Below are positions 58,928 to 64,000 of a stretch of DNA of 64,000 nt, in pieces (position 1 is the first letter of the stretch; the number at the start of each line of letters is the position of its first letter). This stretch comes from an uncultured Pseudomonadota bacterium. Its GTDB lineage: Bacteria > Oederibacteriota > Muellerivitia > Muellerivitales > Muellerivitaceae. The stretch covers positions 96,001 through 160,000 of the forward strand of contig CAWJKT010000014.1 in NCBI GenBank assembly GCA_963843375.1, given 5' to 3'. Below the pieces are notes generated by a model, which worked only from the letters and a program-made list of their open reading frames with translations, made no database searches and was not told the DNA's origin. The position numbers were made by a program, and so were the translations under genes.

Positions 58928-61900
58928 ATGCTCTGCGACTCAAAAACCGATCCTCTCCCTTATCGTCCGTATCCTTTCGTAAATTTTTTTTTCGCCGTAC
59001 TTTTATTTTATGTTTTATTCATCCCCCGCCTCCTTTTCGCTCAAACCGCTCCCGTCACGGTCAATAGTATCAGTGGGGGCACGGGGACAGGAACCTTCAA
59101 CGATTCCTTCAACGCCATTAACGCCCAGAGCGGCGGCGGAACCATTCAGCTGAATCTTCCCTATAGTTCCAACCTCATTGTGGAAAGCCTTCAATGGGCT
59201 CCGGTCACCCAAAACCTTACCCTCTTGACCACGTCTCCCGTGATCGTGGAAACGGGAGGAATCAACTTAAACGGTAACAGTTTCCTCAGTTTCGGCAATT
59301 TGACGGTGGGATCGGGCATTACTTTTACCTTCTCCAACCTAGATGCCGCCACCAACGGCAATCCCCAAAACGTCATCAGCGATTCCGCTTCCTTAACTTT
59401 GACCTCCCTTACTTTAAACTCAGGTTCAGCTTTTGGGATTGAATACGGGGCGGAAGGCGATGGAGCGACTGGGCAGCCGGGCGATACGGGGGCCTTTGGC
59501 GGATCAGCCTTTGTCACCGTGAGTGGCGGTGTGAGCGTCAATTCGGGTTCTGAATTTTATGACGTCGCCGGAACTGGCGGGGACGGCGGAGGAGCCGCCG
59601 TGGGTAACGGCGGCAACGCTGGAAACGGCGGTAACTCAAGTCTGGGGGCGGGTTCCATGTTCGTCCAAGGATCGGGCGCGGTGGCGGTCATCCAGGGTGG
59701 TGATGGTGGTCCTGGGGGGGACCCAGGCGTAGGTTTTGTCAGCGGCACCGGTGGTAGCGGCGGGTCAGCTTCGGCAACGGTGGGTTCACTCAACATCGCC
59801 CAGGGCGGGTCGGTGAGTGTCATTGGTGGCACGGGCGGAAATTCCTACAACGAAGGAAACACGGGTGCGGGGGGTTGGGCAAGTCTTGCGGATAATTCGG
59901 TTTCCGTCGGTCAGGCGACGCTGGAAGTTCAGGGCGGTGCCGGCGCCGACAATGGGTATGGAGGTTCCAACGGGGGATCGGCGACCCTGGTGGTTTCGGG
60001 TGCGATCAGCGTGAGCGGCTCCTTGGTAAGCGTATCCGGGGGTAGCGGCGGCAACGGCGAAAGCAACCCGGGGGGCGGTTACAATGGCTCCAACGGCGGG
60101 ACCGCCTCCGCTTCGGCGGGCTCTCTCGTTTTGCAAAGTTCTTCCTTCGATGTGCTGGGTGGGCAAGGCGGTTCGGGCGGCAATGGCCCCGAAGGCAATT
60201 CCCCCACGGGAACCAACGGCAATAGCGGTGGCGACGGCGGAGCCGGAGGAGCAGGCGGCTCGGGCGCTAACGCAAGCGTGAGTCTGGGTACTTTGACAAC
60301 GAGCGGTTCCGGAGTCACTTTGGAGGTCATTGGTGGCACCGGAGGAAATGGTGCAACCGGCGGCGGCGGCGGCAACGGCGATTCGGGTGATTCAGGAGGA
60401 GATTCCAACGGTCTTTCCGGTTCCGGATCAGGGAGTCCCGGTGGCGGCGGCGGAACTGGCGGCGGCGGCGGCAACAGCGGTGCCGGGGGAAACGCCGCAT
60501 TAACGGCAACTACCTTCACTCTTAATTCCACAAATTCATTTTTTGATATCCAGGGTGGCAATGGCGGTAACGGAGGTGTTGGGGGACAGGGAGGATCCGG
60601 GGGATTGGGCGGCAATGGAGGCAGCGGTTCGGGAGGTTATGGCGGCAGTAACGGCGCTTCAAGTGGAAATGGTAATTGGGGCGGAGTTGGAGGCTATGGG
60701 GCGGGAGCTGGGAACGCCTCCGTGAGCCTGGTTTCCTTCACCATGTCCGGGGCGGGAGACGAGTTTTCGGTTACCGGAGGCAATGGCGGCAATGCGGCGC
60801 AAAGTGGCGCCGGTGGAAACGAGCCGTCCAACAATGGGTCAACGATTTATGACTCAGGAGGCAACGCCGGGGGTGCCTTTGTAAACGGCGGCGAAGGTGC
60901 ATCCGCCGGCACGGCGGGAAACGGTAATGTCGCACAGGATGGCGGCGACGGTGGCAGCGCTTTGGTCACCATGGGTTCCATCACCCTTGGAACGGCGGGA
61001 GTGACGACCGCCACTCTCTTCAACGTCATCGGCGGCAACGGCGGTTCCAACGGCATCGGCAGCAATGGCGGTGACGCCTCTGTTGCTTACGGGGGAAATT
61101 CCGGCAATGACAACGCCACACTCAGCAATGGATTCCAGGGAGGAACCGGTGGTAATGGCGGAGCGGGGGGGGCCGGGGCCGGTGACGACGATTTCGGCCT
61201 GGGTGGAAATGCCTCCGTGGTTTCTGGCAGCATCACCCTTTTTTCGGGGGCGGATTTCAACGTTCAGGGTGGGGCAGGGGGAGTAGTCACGACAATCGGT
61301 GGGGCGACTATTGTCGAAAGTGGCGGCGCAGGTGGCTACGCCGGAACGGCCGGTACGGGCGGCGGCGGTAGCTGGCTTTATGGCGCTTGCGACACTTGTC
61401 AAACGGGCAATGGGGGTGATGGCGGCTCAGCGCAAGGGGGCGGCGCGGGCGGCGATGGCAGTGACGGAGGAAGTGCGGCGGTTTCAGCGGGAAGTTTACA
61501 AATGGCCTCAGCGGTCACTTTTACGGTGATTGGGGGAGAAGGTGGATGGGGTGGACAGGGAGGCAATGGCGGCGTTGGCGGCGCGGGCGGCGCGGCTGGT
61601 GGAATGGGTTCGGCCACGGACAGCTATGGTGGAAACGGGGCATCGGGTTCCTCAGGAGGTTACGGGAATCTCGGCGGCGAGGGTGGAGCAGGGGGCGCGG
61701 CGGCGTTGGCCCTTGGAAACCTAAGCCTGGGTGCATCGGACAGTATCGCGATTCAGGGCGGAAGCGGAGGCAATGGTGGCGGGGGTGGAGCTGGCTACGC
61801 CGGTGGCGCGGGCGCTGATGGGGCAAGTGCCTCCAGTACCGGTCAAGGCGGAGGTGACGGTGGCAACGGCGGTGCGGGCGGATCCGGTGCGGGCGGCGGT

Positions 61901-64000
61901 GATGGCGGTGACGGCGGATCGGCGACTTTGCTGGTCACGGGTGCGGTCAGCCTTTCCCAGGGAGACAACTTTTCCATAATAGGTGGCGGGGGCGGTGCCG
62001 GCGGTGCGGGCGGCGAGGGGGGTACCGGTGGAAACGGCGCTAATGGCGGCAATGGAGTTTTAGACACAGCCGGTGCGGGCGGCACGGGTGGAGACGGGGG
62101 TTTTGCCGGTTCTGGCGGTGCTGGCGGTAATGGCGGCGACGCTCTTGTGACGTTGGGTTCCTTGGCGATGGCGGATGGAGGCGTCACACTTACGATCCAG
62201 GGTGGCGTGGGCGGGCAGGGTGGAGTGGCCGGTGCCGCTGGAAGTGCCGGAACCGCAGGTAATCCCGGAGGGGGTTTTGGGAACAACGGGGCCCCTGGCG
62301 GATCGGGTTTATCTCCGGGTAGCGGTATCCCTGGTGGTTACGGAGGCTTCGGTGGCTTCGGTGGCGAAGGGGGAAGCGCCTCCTTAACCGTCGGGTCTCT
62401 CACCGTCGGTCAGGACGACTCGCTGGACATTATGGGAGGAAATGGGGGAGTGGGAGCCAACGGCAATGACGGTACCACTGCTACTGGGGGCTCCAACGCC
62501 ACTCAAAGTTGTTGCCAAGGGGCTTCTGGCGGGACCGGAGGCGATGGCGGTTGGGGAGGTTATGGTGGAGTTCCCGTGACCTATCTTTCCAACGGCCAAA
62601 CCATCACCGAAATAGTATCAGGGGGCGATACTTACCTGGCGGTTTATGGAACGGCCAGCCTGGCTTCCGGCTCGATCGTCAACGTGGTTGGTGGTGCGGG
62701 AGTAACGGGCGGTTCCGGTGGATCAGGCGGTTCCGGCGGATCGGGTGCGAGCGGAGGGACCGGAGGCGACGGTGGCGCAGGCGGCAACGGGGGTCTTGGC
62801 GGGGGCGGCGGAAACGGTGGAAGCGCATCGGTGAGCCTGGGTTCTCTTCAGATGGCAAAGGGCGTGACTTTCAATGTGATTGGCGGGATTGGGGGAGAAG
62901 GCGGAGCCAGCGGTTCCGGGGCTCCCGGTGGAATAGCGGGTGCGGCGGTGACTTCCGGTTCAGGAGCCCAGTGGGTCAATTTAGGATTTACCCTGCTTTC
63001 CCTGGCCTTGGCTGCGACCAATCCCGCAAACGCCGAATTGGTCTTCGCCAATAAAATGATTGGTTACGAATTAAAGGCAGCTCAAAACGCCACCAAACTT
63101 CTCAGCCTGGGCCCTAACAACAATAGTAACCCGGATATCCCCACCAATGGCCCCGGCGGGCCTTGGGGCGGAGGTGGAATCGGCGGCAACGGAGGTGACG
63201 CTTCATTCACTTCGGCCCTGGTGAACATGGATTCGACATCGGCCTCCAATGACGACCTGCTGGTGGTGAAGGCGGGGGATGGTTTCATCGGCGGATATGG
63301 CGGGGGGCCGGGGGTCACGGTCGTGGGTCAAACTCCGGGTTTGACGGGCCCGGGCGGCCAGGGCGGTGACGGTGGGACGGCATCGGTGAGTCTGGGGACC
63401 CTGGAGATGGGAACGGGCTCGGGGGTCAGCGTCATTGGCGGCGATGCGGGTGACGGTGGAGCGGGCTTTTATATCAATTCCGCGAGCGACGCGGTCGGGG
63501 CGGGCGGTCAGGGCGGCGTCGGCGGAGACGCGGACGTGACAGTCGGTTCCCTCATGATGAACGCCGCAGGGATGTGGGTGACTGCGGGAGCGGGTGGAAC
63601 CGGCGGGACGGGTGGAGACGGCAATAATGGCGGGAACGCTTTCGTCGCCCTGGGTTCCCTCAACGCCTCCGGGGGCTCCACGGTCTTAGTGGCTGCGGGA
63701 TCGGGCGGCAACGACAACACCGTGGGCAGCGGCGGTGCGGGTGGATTCAGCGGTTTTAGCGCGGACAGCGTGACCCTTTCCTCCTCCATCCTCAATATGA
63801 TCGGAGGCAGCGGCGGGAGCGCCGTTTCGAATTCCGGCGGTTTAAACGGGGCCGATGGCGGCAGCGCAGCCATGACGGTCGGGCAGACGCTGGTGGTTTC
63901 CAATTCGACCTTGTCAATACAGGGGGGCCAAGGCGGTAACGCCTTCCAATACAACAATGGCACAGGTGGCGTGGGCGGCGGGGCCAGTCTGGCGGCGGCC
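58928..64000 (+). CDS. Very large Gly-rich secreted protein (PGRS-like / possible autotransporter passenger), truncated by window end
   Basis: ATG 58928 with signal peptide ...FFFAVLLFYVLFIPRLLFA-Q; same frame reads GGxGGxGG repeats at every point checked up to 64000; missing from ORF track because no stop codon. Confidence 0.85.
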   Translation, partial: MLCDSKTDPLPYRPYPFVNFFFAVLLFYVLFIPRLLFAQTAPVTVNSISGGTGTGTFNDSFNAINAQSGGGTIQLNLPYSSNLIVESLQWAPVTQNLTLLTTSPVIVETGGINLNGNSFLSFGNLTVGSGITFTFSNLDAATNGNPQNVISDSASLTLTSLTLNSGSAFGIEYGAEGDGATGQPGDTGAFGGSAFVTVSGGVSVNSGSEFYDVAGTGGDGGGAAVGNGGNAGNGGNSSLGAGSMFVQGSGAVAVIQGGDGGPGGDPGVGFVSGTGGSGGSASATVGSLNIAQGGSVSVIGGTGGNSYNEGNTGAGGWASLADNSVSVGQATLEVQGGAGADNGYGGSNGGSATLVVSGAISVSGSLVSVSGGSGGNGESNPGGGYNGSNGGTASASAGSLVLQSSSFDVLGGQGGSGGNGPEGNSPTGTNGNSGGDGGAGGAGGSGANASVSLGTLTTSGSGVTLEVIGGTGGNGATGGGGGNGDSGDSGGDSNGLSGSGSGSPGGGGGTGGGGGNSGAGGNAALTATTFTLNSTNSFFDIQGGNGGNGGVGGQGGSGGLGGNGGSGSGGYGGSNGASSGNGNWGGVGGYGAGAGNASVSLVSFTMSGAGDEFSVTGGNGGNAAQSGAGGNEPSNNGSTIYDSGGNAGGAFVNGGEGASAGTAGNGNVAQDGGDGGSALVTMGSITLGTAGVTTATLFNVIGGNGGSNGIGSNGGDASVAYGGNSGNDNATLSNGFQGGTGGNGGAGGAGAGDDDFGLGGNASVVSGSITLFSGADFNVQGGAGGVVTTIGGATIVESGGAGGYAGTAGTGGGGSWLYGACDTCQTGNGGDGGSAQGGGAGGDGSDGGSAAVSAGSLQMASAVTFTVIGGEGGWGGQGGNGGVGGAGGAAGGMGSATDSYGGNGASGSSGGYGNLGGEGGAGGAAALALGNLSLGASDSIAIQGGSGGNGGGGGAGYAGGAGADGASASSTGQGGGDGGNGGAGGSGAGGGDGGDGGSATLLVTGAVSLSQGDNFSIIGGGGGAGGAGGEGGTGGNGANGGNGVLDTAGAGGTGGDGGFAGSGGAGGNGGDALVTLGSLAMADGGVTLTIQGGVGGQGGVAGAAGSAGTAGNPGGGFGNNGAPGGSGLSPGSGIPGGYGGFGGFGGEGGSASLTVGSLTVGQDDSLDIMGGNGGVGANGNDGTTATGGSNATQSCCQGASGGTGGDGGWGGYGGVPVTYLSNGQTITEIVSGGDTYLAVYGTASLASGSIVNVVGGAGVTGGSGGSGGSGGSGASGGTGGDGGAGGNGGLGGGGGNGGSASVSLGSLQMAKGVTFNVIGGIGGEGGASGSGAPGGIAGAAVTSGSGAQWVNLGFTLLSLALAATNPANAELVFANKMIGYELKAAQNATKLLSLGPNNNSNPDIPTNGPGGPWGGGGIGGNGGDASFTSALVNMDSTSASNDDLLVVKAGDGFIGGYGGGPGVTVVGQTPGLTGPGGQGGDGGTASVSLGTLEMGTGSGVSVIGGDAGDGGAGFYINSASDAVGAGGQGGVGGDADVTVGSLMMNAAGMWVTAGAGGTGGTGGDGNNGGNAFVALGSLNASGGSTVLVAAGSGGNDNTVGSGGAGGFSGFSADSVTLSSSILNMIGGSGGSAVSNSGGLNGADGGSAAMTVGQTLVVSNSTLSIQGGQGGNAFQYNNGTGGVGGGASLAAA

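Noticed and set aside
59015..63963. Many Pro-rich minus-strand and off-frame ORFs
   Set aside because: Shadows of the Gly-rich plus-strand gene
1..64000. Alternative genetic code or stop readthrough explaining split genes
   Set aside because: All splits change frame; TAA, TAG and TGA all terminate conserved genes normally

Overview
Bacterial chromosomal window from a diderm organism. It is rich in Thr/Pro-linker surface proteins ending in FlgD-Ig/T9SS-like C-terminal domains (CTDs), a style reminiscent of some uncultured candidate phyla, though taxonomy cannot be fixed from this window. Housekeeping content: a Bat/MoxR cluster, yicC-gmk-rpoZ-coaBC, family-4 uracil-DNA glycosylase, gltX, tRNA-Gln(CTG), tRNA-Glu(CTC) and an M16 peptidase pair. 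Accessory content: seven CTD-bearing secreted proteins, three PorV-like beta-barrels (two fused to TPRs), two other barrels, an MNT/HEPN pair after tRNA-Gln, a porin-cupredoxin-adenylate cyclase operon, and a >1690-aa Gly-rich protein running off the window end (absent from the ORF track). The best candidate for an undescribed system is a cassette occurring twice with overlapping stop/start codons: CTD surface protein -> PorV-like barrel-TPR fusion -> HAMP inner-membrane transducer -> cytoplasmic output. One copy uses an RsbW-HAMP-SpoIIE-HTH fusion plus STAS, the other a histidine kinase plus OmpR regulator. An 11-bp-period box (cTwTACnnnntcTTTAC) occurs five times, upstream of one cassette, an AraC gene and two other CTD surface genes. 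About eight single-base frameshifts most likely reflect consensus errors.
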